Assembly: GCA_001949185.1 (NCBI GenBank)
Contig: BDGG01000001.1
Location: forward strand, 320,065-384,064
Source: Ramazzottius varieornatus
Lineage: Eukaryota > Animalia > Tardigrada
Reading direction: 5' to 3'
DNA length: 64,000 bases
A program made the translations under genes and the position numbers. Of the stretch, positions 50,863 through 63,658 are shown piece by piece (the stretch's first letter is position 1; each line of letters starts with the position of its first letter). The notes below the pieces were generated by a model. It worked only from the letters and a program-made list of their open reading frames with translations. It had not been told where the DNA came from and made no database searches.

Positions 50863-52886
50863 ATCACATACCACGCTAAGTAAACGAAATGTTAGGCTCG
50901 AGATCACTACCCGCGAAGTGGGAGGTTACTCCATTTACGGCGGGCTCGCCATTACGAAGGGTACCATTGAACATGATGCTTGCGACGGGGTGAAGCTTCG
51001 AGATCATCGAGGATTGCTTCGCACTATTGTTCATCCTTGTCCAGCGGACGAGATTCAGCCGCTGGACGTAGACTTGAGGCAGTTTGGATCGGCAGATTTT
51101 CTCTTTCAGCGGCAATATTCGGAAATGAACTGCCTCAACGGCCGGACTGACCAAAAGCGCGACGGTTCGACTTTTAAAATTATCTGGTGCCTTTTTTAGC
51201 TCAGTAGCTTTTTACGGAGCGGAAAAAATTGTAGATGAATGATTTACTCATTCCACTCTTTTCTAAATTGTTTGCCATGGTACCAGACGTTGCTCTTTGG
51301 AGCAGAGGCTTTCTGTGCCAAGTTCCGCGTAATAATTTACTTTGGTTTTACAGGAAAAACGTCGACTTTGTAGCGTCCAACGTCGTGCTGTCCCAGTTGT
51401 TAAAAATTCCGTTCAATGTCGATTTCAGCCATGGGTGTTGTTCAGGGATGGGTGTTCGGCGCAGCTCGTGTCAATGGCAAGATAAACATTGGACAAATCC
51501 ACCGGCAAGGGCTGAACATGTTGGCTGTAATCAAACAAGGTCAACAGCCCGATACAGGAATATGGACCGCAACAACAGTCCGGTACGCAGTATGCAGGTG
51601 TATTATTATAGTTATTCCCGACACTACGTGCAACGACTTTGAATATAGCTTGATTGTTAAGCTGGAGCATGTACGTCAGGAATCTGACCATGGCGCGTTG
51701 TAACCATTGTCGAAGATTGACTAACGAAAGTTGGCGTGGACCGCATAAAGCATAAAGCATAAAGCGAGTGTTGATCCAGCCTTTTCCTGATGTTTGAAGG
51801 AATCGGCGATACGAAAGCTACATGTGCTACCAGAAGATCGAAGGACGGAAGACGGGCGGATGTCAGCCACTGTATCCGTCGCGATTCCATCCGGTAGCCT
51901 ACACCACACTCCGTGACATGCGAATGTTGATTGCGTCCAGCATTGACGCGGCAGACAGCACCATCGACGAACTCAAGCATTACCCGCAAAAATACGTGGA
52001 CTTGGTTACAGTGCAAGCTGACGACCTGAAAAACCCTACTGAGCAGTACCGCTCTTCCGTCACACCTGTTTAATCAACGGCTTCATACAAGTCAATATAC
52101 GAGCAAATGCTTAAGGCAATAGCTTGTCTGAAAAACATATTTCACTTCGCAGATACCAGTTGTGTCGTTGGTGGGCCAGAAATGCCCTGAATGGAGTTTG
52201 CTCAATCTGTGTGGCGGTGTACAAGCCTGGTAGCGACAACACCTCGAGGCAGACTACCACCATTCGCGTTACTGACTTGCCGAAGAAAGCAAAGGTATTC
52301 CCTAGTCAGACGAAAACCGTTTGTCGAAGTGGGTTCACGTCCCAAGAGTCAGAACTCAACTTCTGCTTTTGCGGTACATTCCTACACTGTTTGAAGATTT
52401 TATTCAAGAAAATACCAACTTACGATTAACCTTTATGCCCATCGTCATGCTCAAAATTGGTAGTTATTTCCCGCGTGTCTGACCCGGGATTATGCTCGTC
52501 GCGTATTGACTCGCCTGACAGAAACTAGTTTCTGGTTGCTGATCTTTTGCTTTATACAGGCGCTTCAGGAAGCCAGTGGTGAAATCGGGAATATTTGGAC
52601 AGAAAGTGCTTGCTTGAAGTTTCTGCACGGGCTGTTGACTTTCGTGAAGAAACAGGTCGTCGACGACCACACGAGGTACATATGCCATTGTCTAAGCCTT
52701 CCATACGGCCTGTTACGTTACAAGACCGTCAGTATTCTTTTACAGTGCCGTCTACGAATTCAAGCTTTTGCCGACCGGGGATTTTTGGTTCAGAAGCGGT
52801 TGAGCCGAATTGTGGTCAACCGAGTACCCGCGGCCATGAGTGGCGGACACGATTACATTCCCGTCCGCAGCAGTAACGCGGCTTGA
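50863..52886 (+). pseudogene. DXO/Dom3Z/Rai1-family protein, copy 1; degenerate active site and one frameshift near 51440
   Basis: EVGGYS, VDFVASNVVLSQLLKIPF..GWVFGAARVNGKI, NRRYESYMC, LIASSIDA...YVDLVT, YQLCRWWARNALNGV and WTESACLKFLHGLLTFVK align in order with DXO motifs. Confidence 0.75.
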
Positions 52887-53550
52887 GCTCTATGCCAGAA
52901 GGTTCTTCTCCAACAACGCTCGCAAAGCTGCACAAGCAACTCCATGCTACCAGGCATTTAAACTTCTGTTTTACGACATTTTTTCTATTTCTCGTGACTT
53001 CATTTTTCCACAAGACCTTTGTTTTCCAAAATTTTTAAACGGTACTGTCGCACCGATAGGTGCTACTTTCCCAGTATATATGTGAAATCTTATGCTAGAT
53101 TTAGCATATCGCATCATAAAATCGCATCATAGAATCGCATCATAAAATTACGAACCTTTGAACCTCTCTATACCGTTTGAATGAACCTACCGATATCTCT
53201 CCATCTCAACAACCAGGCCTGAAACAAAACCTTCTTGTTTAGCTGTAATTGCTGTACCATACCAGTCTTCCGCTGAGATACAGCCTGTCAAGGGCCCGAT
53301 AACCGCTGGAAGACTTAGCGACAACAAATATGGTACCACAGTAGATGAGTGACAGCCGTGTGGATAAAATTTACTGTAATGGGGCCTGCCCGGTATGTTT
53401 CTGGCAGCTTGGTATGTTCTTCTAAATAAAGGCGAAGAAACGCCGAAAATTTTCCCGGCTTTCCAGTTTGCAAACCTTACTTTCTACATACAGTAGCACA
53501 AGGCAAATTTACCGAACCACCGCGTTCTCCATTCCTTAGGTTTTCGAGAA

Positions 53551-54458
53551 TGGGTTCATGAAAAGATGAAGATCTTTCCCCGTACATGGCCCGAACAAGA
53601 TATCGTTCTTGAAGAAGTTGGCTATTATTCCGCATATAGCGAGCTGGCTGGTGACAACTTTGAAATGCGCAAGGACCGTAGTCTGCTTCGTCAGAGGGCC
53701 ATCCCCAGTCCGCCAGATGGCATTGTGCCTATCCATCGCAGGCTACAGCATGTTCCAGCGGCCGAACTCGAGGCGCCACCAGCACCATTTCAAGGAGACG
53801 AAGCCATGGTTTGCCTCAACAGGTGGCTGGGTCTCCGCGTCCCAGACCTCAATCTGCAGTCATTCTGGTAATCCGCCCCAAACACTGGCTTTTTTCTACT
53901 TCTTCTCTGCGGTGCATGTAGCATACCGATTTTTTTGCTATGACAGGCAAGAAGTGGAACTCATAACAACCAACCGAATTCTCTCGCAGATTATGAAGAT
54001 ACCTTACAGCACCGACACGCACGGTAGTAATGAATGGGCGTTCGGTGCTGCCAGTGTTCGAGGCAAGATATTTGTCGGGTACATAAGCCGAGAAGGGTTC
54101 TGCTATCTGAGCCAGAACGTTCCTGTCCAAGATCAGCAAGCTCAGGATCGAGCTTGGACCGAGACATCCCATCGGTAAGAAAAGCTTGTAACTGTTTACC
54201 GACATTTATCAACCGATTTTTCTTCTTTCCGTTCAACAGAAATCGCCAGTTTGAAGAAATCTTGAGGAATAGCGCATCCTCCAGCCAAGTTTCATTCATA
54301 TACGCACACCGATGTTGGCGGAACCCATCTTCTCATTGCGTCGACAATAGATGCTGAGGACGATCAGTTCCCGGGGGTGTTCGACTATCCGTTGAAGTAC
54401 GTCGTCTTACAGAACGAAGCAAGGTGGATGCTAGAGCTCCGCAACACTTTCTCTGCAC
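53551..54458 (+). pseudogene. DXO/Dom3Z/Rai1-family protein, copy 2; frameshifted and 3'-truncated next to the Helitron
   Basis: EEVGYYS, VELITTNRILSQIMKIPY...EWAFGAASVRGKI, NRQFEEIL, then after a frameshift LLIASTIDA...KYVVLQN. No C-terminal exons found. Confidence 0.75.
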
Positions 54459-54789
54459 GTAAGTTCAATCTAATTTATTACTACGGCTAAGTTCCTTTTT
54501 CTTGTCCGCGCTTTCAGCTAAAAACTACTGTATCGAATTTTAAGCAATTTCTTAGAGAGCTAGATATTGGAATTCGCAGACAGCTAAAGCTACTTTTGTA
54601 ACGATTGTGTTTTGTCCATATTTTCTTTTGAATTTTGACTTTCACAACTTTCTTCAGGACTGTTATCTTTAGACTATAGCTTAGCAAAGAGAATCGAACA
54701 TGTTTACTGATATGACCTTGGGTAATGTGTCTTTTTCAGTTGTCAACTTCTTTCGACCTTTGAATGATCCTATGGTGTTAATGTGTAAA

Positions 54790-56878
54790 ATGGAAAACAG
54801 GAAGCGTACATCAACAGACAGTGCGAGAAAGAGAGCCAGGATTGACGCAGTTCGCAAAGCAGTTAAACGTGCCGCTGAATCTGAAGAAGTTTCAAGTATA
54901 AATACTCCCGTATCGAAAAACAAGAAGCTGAAACGTGCTCCAGTACTTAAGACCCGAACATGTCCTCCTTGTAAAGTTATGCTGTTATCTACTGATCCTG
55001 ATTCCTTGTGCTGTGGCCGAACTCTTTAATTCCCTGAACCTCTGATAACTTTGCCTAAAGTTTCTGAGGCACTCTTAAAGTTATTTGTCGTCGGACTATT
55101 TGCGCAGCACTGCCGCCAGTACAACAACCATTTTGCCTTCAGTGCAATAGACTCTACCCATGTTGTAGAGCGAATACCGGGAAGACCATACAATCTTGTT
55201 TTGCACGGTAGAAGGTACCACCGTATTTTGCCGGGCCAGCGCGAAACTGGACCACTGCGCTTCTTCCTGTTCGATGGTTTGAGTCCAATTGATTTTAGAG
55301 ATCCTTTAAACGAACAGTGGGTTAACACTATCCGGGTCCTCACTTTCTGCATGTAGTCCTTTTTGGAATAAGTTAAAACTCCTGTCCGCAGAAACTGCCA
55401 AGATTGTTCGGTTGGAAATCACGGTTACTGAGTCGAGGGAGATAGCTGCTGTTATTGTGGTTGATCCTAATGAACCGATCAAGCGATAGACAGTCGTTTA
55501 TTGGCGACAGGCTCACGACGAGCCAGTTTTCGTGTGTCCCAACTCCGAGTTGTATTTTTCCCTACAGTACGTTCTGATTGGGCCAGATGGGACACCTGGA
55601 TGGAGCTTGCAGTATCAAAAAGCTCATAATATTTCACAACTGGCATCTTATCGACAGTTGATGATGCGCCACTGCATAGGTTGGGACCGTTGTTCAACGA
55701 ATATCTGGTGGACATGTTCAACGCGATTGAAACAGATCGGTTGGACTTCAGACACAAACAACAGAAACGAGTTGTGAGAAAAAGTGACTTGAAGCGGATA
55801 CGTCGAGATGAAACCGTCTCAGCAGAAGGAAGCTTACAACCAGGAAGAACGTACCTTACATCAGATTTCTTGGGTTCTCCGCGTCACCAACAGAAATTAG
55901 TGGCGGATGCTTTAGCCATCGTCAAAAGTTTTGGCAAGCCAACCTACTCTATCACCATGTCCTGCAATCCCAAGTGGGAAGAAATCATCAGAGAATTACT
56001 ACCCAAACAAACAGCTGCAGACAGACCTGACATCACAGCTCGAGTATTTCACGGAAAACTGTCACAGCTTTTTGAACTTCTGCCCAGAGCCGGTTATCTC
56101 GGCATGTATGCCACGGGACAACGCTCAGCTACGACCTATTATTGAAAGCCTCTATGTTCACTCATGTCGACCAGAACGTTGCCATAAGAAGCAAAAAAGA
56201 GCAGCCTCGCTTAAAAAGGTGTTTTGCGATCAAGGTTATCCCCACAAACTGTGCGAGAAAACATACATCGACGATGCCGGTTTCGCTCATTACAAAAGAG
56301 TTTTGGAGGAAGACCGTTCAGTAGTATCGTACAACGAACAGTTGACTTATGCTTTGGATTGTCATATCAGTATCGACCTATCCTGCACTGTGCTACTGAT
56401 CATGTATTTATACAAATATTTTTACAAGGGTGCCCATCGTGCTAAGGTCGAGTTCGACGTACAAGTGAGATGACCGAGTATCGAAACTCGATTTTTTTCT
56501 GCTTCGGCAGCTACGTGGAGGTTCTTCAAATTTGAAACCACGAGCCGGATACCTTCGGTTGAGAACTACGCTGTTCACTTGGAAAATCAGAGTTATGTCA
56601 TGTATCAGAAAGGCAATGAAGAAAAGGCTCTCAAGTCGGCATCGAAGTTAGAGAGATATTTCCAAAGACCGGCTGATCCGCTGTTCGATGGATTAACGTA
56701 TATGCAGTACTACGAGGAATACGTTGTTACAAATCCAGAACCGAGTAAGACTACAACTGGACGCGTAACAATCTTCCGAGACCAGGTAACTACGTCGCAA
56801 AAGTTTTACGTCTACGAACGACGGTCGCTTCATGTCGGACGAATGGACCTTAAACGACCTGGAGCCGGAAATGTATAA
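54790..56878 (+). mobile_element. Helitron Rep(Hel) remnant, fragmented
   Basis: CPPC...CCG zinc motif, RQYNNHFAFSA, LHGRRYHRI, LFNEYLVDMFNAIETDRL, FLGSPR...ADALAIVKSFGKPTYSITMSCNPKWEEI...DRPDITARVF, VVSYN...CHISI...YLYKYFYKG, and VHLENQ. The HUH motif 2 region and helicase are not seen. Confidence 0.9.
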
Positions 56879-57299
56879 CCTATCGATCACTTCTGTCATG
56901 GATGACGCCATTTTAGATTTTCCAGCGGACTATTTTGTGGATGAATTAGGCCTAAACAAAATGTTCGTTAAACGTAGACAAAATTATCTACGTTGACGAA
57001 AGCGAAAGTGGCGGATGACTTTCACAATGCAAAAGCTTGAACAGATATCTGTATATTGAGTGACATCGGCTCATACTAAAGTCATCGTACAGTTTCCGGA
57101 CAAGGAATGATCATTGCCGGGAATGATAGTACGCAATGATTATTGTGCTACGAGAGTAATCAACGACAGATGGCACTGCAGAAGCTTGTTGGTGCGCTTT
57201 TACTGGCGGTTTGGAACGTAGCGTTCGCTGGTACACGTGAAATCAACAGGAAGATAATATTGCACGTAGTGGGCGATTCAACATTAACAAGTTAAACAC

Positions 57300-59400
57300 G
57301 ACGACGTGGCTCAGAATTTACTGGACAGTGCTGCTGGTGTTATTCAGAATGCGATGCACTTTACGATCGAAAGAACTGATGAACTTCCTTCGCATTTCTC
57401 CCGCAGTGGTCATCTCACTAATCCACAGCCGTCATCGGTGCTGGCCTTTTGATTCCGATACTTTACTACATGATCTATAAGAAAAAATCACTAGTTAGCT
57501 GCGAAGACAGATGAAATCTTTGACCCATGGATATCCATTCGCTGGAAGACTCTGCGGTCGACGGCTCTGGTATCTTTCGGCAGGAATGACCAGTTGACAG
57601 AAGGCACTACGATCATAAACAATTAGTGAACGCTGTCTGATGCCACACCATCGCACTTTGAAAACCGACGTTTTCCTTACCTGCTAACTTCGGCTTCCGT
57701 ATTGCAGCCATTTCGCCAGCTTTCTTGAGTAATGCCTCGAAATCCGTGAATGGTAATTTAACCAGATGAACTAAGTACAAAAATAAGGGAATGCGTAGTA
57801 GGTTTTCGTCACTTTGGAATTCTTTCCGATGTTCATCTCGTTTCGCTCGGAACTCCGCTAGTTCTTCTTCGGAGTAGCTTGGAGTGTCATCTGCTGATAG
57901 AGTGCCGCCGCCTGTCAAAATCGTCAAGAAATCTTAGTCCATAGCCTCGTTGTTCTTGTTCGACCGCCTCCCATGCGCAAACCAAAATAACGATCGGGAT
58001 ACAGTACCTTGCAACGAGCGTGAGCCATCTATGCTGTCGCCTTCGTCATCGACATCCCCGAAGCCACCACCTGCAGTTTAGAAATAAAATCTACCCAGAC
58101 GCCCAATCCGATTTCTTTTCAGGAGTTTGATTTTGGAATTCCTGAACTTAATTTTGATTAAAATGAACTGAGCAATATAACAACTGACTACCACCGTACG
58201 TTTACGATTGTCCGGATCCTTATCGATATTGTAAGTGTCGTCGTCAAAGTCAGCCGCATCAATTTGCTCTTCCTCTTCTCCGGATTCATTCACACCCTCT
58301 CTTTCGGTCGACTGGGCAGCAGGAAACATGACGCGGGTGAGAAGATTTGACATCTGCGATCCTTCTGTCTCACTCTCTTCGTTGACGAAAGATTCCATCC
58401 CTGACTAGAAAGATTCCGAACCGCTTTCCGAACCGGCGCTTTCTTTGGTCCTGGAGCATGCTCGTCGTCGGAATCGCTGTCTGGAGCCGTATCCTTCTCA
58501 GAGTCCGATAGACGAGCTGCGCCTGCTTTATTCAATCGGCTGCGGTTGAGTGCTGACCGCTTCACCCGAACATTTTCCGTCCTTGCCGAATGCTTCATTC
58601 TGTGGCTCGCCTTCGGCTTCACGTTCTTTTTCTGAAAAACATAAGCCGCATCAACTTGCGCACTTGCGCAGGCAACAGCCTATTACGGGTTTGAGGGTTT
58701 ACGGGCTGAAAAATTTGGAAGTATTTGCAACTGGGAGCGCACTTGGCATCTTTGGAAAGTACCTTATTCTTTGCCGCCTGTTCTTTTGCGGTCTGTTCGA
58801 GAGTGGTGAATAGCATGTTCATCCTAGCTTGGTCAGTGTCCACAGAAATGACAGTTGCCTTTCCGACAGGGTGAGCAGTGTCCCAGTCGACACGAACTTT
58901 CATCCCAACGGCCATAATTTCCTTGCCTTTGAAAGCGTCGATGAACCGATACTGCGGCAGAATAATGTCCGCACTGATGCTGGTGGGTGGCAGAAGGTAG
59001 TAACTCCCATCGTCGTAGTGGCAAAGACCCCAGTCTGTAAAATACGAACAGTCAGTAAATAGGTTTGTCGCAAGATGTCATACCGTTTGAAGGTGACAAT
59101 GGGAAGAATCATACATCCACCATCTTGCGTGTTTTTGAGCACTGTCTTGAAATAATTCGGTAAAACCGCTGAAGATTCCGGATCCGATGTCCTGTAGTCC
59201 CTCCGTTTTCGCTTTCGAGCCTGATTGGAAGAATCTATCGTAGAGTGAGCAGGGGATTACAGGAATGAAATAAATCCAGGAAAGAAAACTTAGCCGTTGG
59301 TTCCGACCATCACCATGTGCAACTTGCAGGTTGTTCTGGCTGAACGCTGCTTTATGGCTGTGCGTAAACTATCCCTCTACACTTGGCATTGCCACTCTAG
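57300..59400 (-). pseudogene. Spliced accessory gene divergent from the CACTA transposase (putative Tudor/SH3-like N-terminus, acidic linker)
   Basis: DWGLCHYDDGSYYLLP...MAVGMKVRVDWD...KATVISVDTD; acidic segments; YSEEELAEFRAKRDEHRKE and VPSVNWSFLPKDTRAVDRRVFQRM, both homologous to the gene at 1-1400. Confidence 0.55.
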
Positions 59401-59550
59401 ACACACACGGTCCAAATACCCGTGACTTCTCGAAACTTCAACGAACGCAAAAAGACAGAATGAACAGAACCACACCCGCATTACGTCATTGACCGTATCG
59501 ACATGGTTTATGGTCATTCTTAAGAAATTGAGTTTCCTTTACCCCCATAG

Positions 59551-62072
59551 ATGGAGTATCAGAAGAATACCCGAATTTCCAGGTTAAAAGCCAAGTGTGC
59601 TGCAGCAGCGAAACGCCAGAAGAACAGACCGGGGCAGCCCAGGTCGCAAGCGACCGCGATCGAGAGAGTGCAATCCTCATCAGCTGTCACCAGCCCGTGT
59701 CGATCAAGAATTGTCGGAAGAAGGGGAGGAAGAGGAGGGAAATGATGCTGTGAACACAACTATAGACAGCAGCGTGGGACAGCTGGACATGGACAGAACA
59801 ATTGAGGGTATCAAAAGTGATTAATTGACTTATTTGACACTAAGTCTCATGTTATCGTGACCACTAGCTAACACTTTCTTCCTTCTCTGTAGATATACCA
59901 GAGCTTGTCTCGATGGTATCAGATGACCCGAATGACGGCTGGACGCTGAACCAAGTCTGCAGTATGTTACTGTATGTGGCGAAAGCACCGGAACATCGAA
60001 CGCTGCGCTTGGCAAGTTTCTCAAAGTTATGGCTGTGGTGATTGATGGGAAACGGAACCCGACAGACCCAAAGTAACGAAGGAAGTTTCCCCAGAGCGCG
60101 AGCCTGCTTAACATCAAAGGAAACCATTGTGAGAAGACAGTGTACATATGCCCCTACCAGCGTCAGGTGAGAAAGAAGACAAACGAGACGTGGGAGACCG
60201 AGCTATGCGGTTACGTCTTGCGGGAAGTTGGTGAAGGAAAACATTGCCTGTACCACTGTGATTTGTGCGATACTGACTGGGAGCGAAAAATAGTGGAGAA
60301 GGACGGGAACCATTTTGTGATCAACCCAATCCGGAATATCGCCGAAGAAGCGCTACACAAGTACGGTAAGCTGGTGGATCCTCGTCAAGAACGTGTCCCT
60401 GGAATTTTGCGTGACGTCACTGATGGAAGCCGATTTCAGCAGATGGACATCCCAAGCAAATGGACATAATTTTACTGTTCCACGCGGATGGTGCAGAATT
60501 CAGCAAGAGCACAAAGAAGAAGATGTACCTGATATTTGTCCAGATTCTAAATTGCCGCTTCGGGTCAGACTCTGTGTGTGGCACCTCGCGGCTGTGTGGG
60601 TGGGGAAGATCTCCTCAAAGATCGTGAGTGTTTCTTGATGAACCTGACCCTCCAGCTGCAAGAACTGGACGAGAACAGTAACACGTTCCTGCCAATACAC
60701 TGGATTGATGCTTTCGGCGAAGAACATTACTCTCCGGGGTACGTCCACGGTTTCCTTTCTGATTCACCGGAACGCACTGCCATAAATGGACATTTGTCTC
60801 ACTCAGCCGCCAGGGATGTATCTAGGGTCTGCAGGTTGGTAACACGCCCGAAGAAATAGCCAAAAATCTATTCTGATTCAATATGCTAAATACATCTTTC
60901 TTAGGTGGGCGGAAGCATTGCACACAAGATCTGTTACAAATACGTGAAAAACCCCACGTTAAAAAGCCACCAAGATTTTGTCGACATGACTGCGCAGTGG
61001 GATATCCTCTCGACCGAACGCCGAAAGTACCTGCTGGAAGAAAGGCGAACAAAAGGATTCTGAAGACCTTCATTGGTTACCGACTGGCCGAAGATGGATG
61101 CTGTGAACGCCTTTTTCATCGACGTCATGCACATGTTTGATGAAGGATTGTCTCGATGGTTCCTGCGGCAGATAGTGGAAGGTGGGGAGGTGTTGAATCT
61201 AAGGAAAAGTGAGATAAAACAGATTGACACCTTATGGCTCAGTATTGCGGTTCCGGGTCACGAGTCAAGAAAAACAAGAAGCATCGCCCAGTATAAGAAA
61301 ATGAAAGCCCACGAGGTAAGATTTTTCATCCAGCATGGCGCACCTTACGTCACGAAAGACATAGTCCCGGAAGACTTCCACACTATCCTCTGTCTGGCCA
61401 GTACAATAGCATGGCTATCCACGCAAGACTCCATTTCCGAAAAAGATATCAGTAACTCTAACAGAATGCGCTGTGATGGTCGAAGAACTAGTCAGCAATG
61501 AATCCGTTCCTCAACTTGTCACACGTACCGCCAGATCTATTATGGGGATGACGGAGTCCATTTTATACGCAAGAGGACCTTCGGGAATATGTCGGCTGAT
61601 TGTTAATCCAGAAAAGATTCCATCCAAGCGGATATCCCAAGCCGTTATGGCATACGCGGACCACCACGGCTTCATATGGGCGGATGATAAAATTCATCTA
61701 TTTAAACGAGCTGTGGTTGAGGCGGAAATTCCGGTAAGAACAAGGAAACACAACGAGGCCTCCTGCCGAAATGAAAGCATCGTCTTTGAAAGGACAGGGA
61801 AAGTCATTGCCGTCAAGCACATAGTGGCCATACTATCAGTCGACACCGGATCCGTCCTGCAAACCCTAGTGTTTGGTAATTTGATGCTTCGCAATGAAAA
61901 CGATTTCTGCGAAAATAGATGTGTGAAAGTCAAGCACGTTTACGAAGTACAATTATCGCGAGATTATGTTTTGGTGGAGACTGCCAGCATCACAAAGCAG
62001 ATGGTCATACTCGGTGGTAGCGATTCATTGTTCGTTGTGAGTCCGCCGGCTAATATTTTCCGAACAACGTAA
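59551..62072 (+). mobile_element. CACTA/EnSpm (CMC superfamily) transposase, decayed
   Basis: LRDVTDGSRFQ, LLFHADGAEFSKS, QILN.PLRVR, GFLSDSPER, FFIDVMHMFDEGL, RKTRSIAQYKKMKAHEVRFF; frameshifts present; termini not identified. Confidence 0.8.
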
Positions 62073-62843
62073 TTAGATTAATTCCTTCGGTACCTGATTA
62101 AGATTTTGCGTCTAGACTTCGCCGAAGGTACCGTAATATTACAATACTTTGGCCGTTTGTCCGTTATTTGAGTGTCCGACCGTCTTATGTACATGGCGAT
62201 CACTGTATGAGTCGAATCGAGAAATTAAATTGATCTTAACCGTATCCACATACAGATACGTCCAAGCATCACGCACTACCAAACGTCAACTACAGTACCT
62301 ACCCAAGTTCATGCAATAATAGCGCTCAACTTGACCCCATCTTGTAGCCATTACCTGTGCCTTACACGAGCAAGACACTGGAGAACCGCACAGCAACACT
62401 CGGCACTATGCCTACTGGAACTTCTACCAGACAGACCTCTAGTTGTAGGAGACAGTCATACACCATGGCTAGTTCAACCGCGACGGCATCAGAGATATAT
62501 GCGTGATGCGCATATCCCGTTAGAAGAAAGGCCATAGCTAGCTATAGACGCAAGACGGTAGCCTTACGAAAGACAATAGCCGTCTTGGCCGCAAGAAGGG
62601 AGAAGGGAGAAGCGTTGTTTTGATAAGAGTTGATACACGACCATAAATCATTCTTCGAACTCGCTTTGCATTTCGAACGGACAGACAAACATCTGTTGCT
62701 AGTGCACTCATATGAGTTTTCATCTGTCACTGAATTTTGTAAGGTTTCAGCGCTAGATATTATTGTATCACTTCTGACCATTACGAAATATTGTTCGGGT
62801 ATTGATTGTATGTACACCAGGAAGATTTTAGTTACTGTTGGAA

Positions 62844-63398
62844 ATGGGAGAAAAACCTGAATGCTCCATATGTTTGAGGGAGTATCTCCCAATTCCTGCG
62901 CACAGACCTGCTGCTTCACTGTGTGGCCATTTCCTGCATCATTCGTGTCTGGAGGAATTACTGGCTAACGAGGATAAAAGTACTTGGAAATGTCCATCTT
63001 GTCGTGGTTCTATTATAGCTTCGGACGTTCGGTTATTGTATGGAGATATGCCCAGTTCCAAGCGGAATTCAGACGTGATGTCTTTTTCAAAGAACGAAGT
63101 TGAAAGATTTATCCAGTTTGCTGTAGATCAATGTGTCAGATTGCGTTTGGAAGAACTGGACGTGAAAAGGAGTAACAAGTGTACCCGTTCCCGTAATATC
63201 TCTCTTCCTGTGCCGGATGAACTTTTTGAGGTCGAAGAAATTACGTTTTCTAAATTCCACGGCGGAATACGTCATTATTCCGTCAAGTGGAAAAACTGCC
63301 CTGGAGAAGACTCGTGGGAGCCAGCCTATGGTCTTCGGCACTGTATGAAATCTATGGTCGTTCTCCAGAGCCTGTTGAACCTTCTCTTACGGACTTGA
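62844..63398 (+). CDS. Intronless RING finger + chromodomain protein (~184 aa)
   Basis: RING-H2-like CSIC...CGHFLHHSC...CPSC followed by VRLLY; chromodomain LFEVEEITFSKFHGGIRHYSVKWKNCPGEDSWEPAYGL.HC. Confidence 0.8.
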   Translation: MGEKPECSICLREYLPIPAHRPAASLCGHFLHHSCLEELLANEDKSTWKCPSCRGSIIASDVRLLYGDMPSSKRNSDVMSFSKNEVERFIQFAVDQCVRLRLEELDVKRSNKCTRSRNISLPVPDELFEVEEITFSKFHGGIRHYSVKWKNCPGEDSWEPAYGLRHCMKSMVVLQSLLNLLLRT

Positions 63399-63658
63399 CC
63401 GGACATCAACCCTCGAACTTGCGTCTCGGTGTGGTCGATGCCCCTTCGCACTCCTTCCCAACACCGCAGAACGTGACAGCTTTTGGACCGGTACTGCTGG
63501 ACGTCGGCCAAGGAAATAATTCCACTCCACTGATTATGCAGGCCAGTACAGGTTTGTACACTCCAAGCAGAATATTTGTTTGTGTCCACCGTTATCAAAT
63601 ATCGTTTTCGGTTATAATGAGTAATTTACAACCTATATGGGCTATTAGTCACTTTGGC

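Noticed and set aside
53110-53150. Short tandem repeats (13 bp x3 here; gcataaa x3 near 51743; gtaaactcga x3 near 2738; G run at 1767-1780)
   Set aside because: Ordinary slippage repeats with no spacers or higher-order structure.
54460-57300. Helitron 5' TC and 3' hairpin-CTRR termini, and CACTA TIRs
   Set aside because: No convincing termini could be located by eye, so element boundaries are not claimed.
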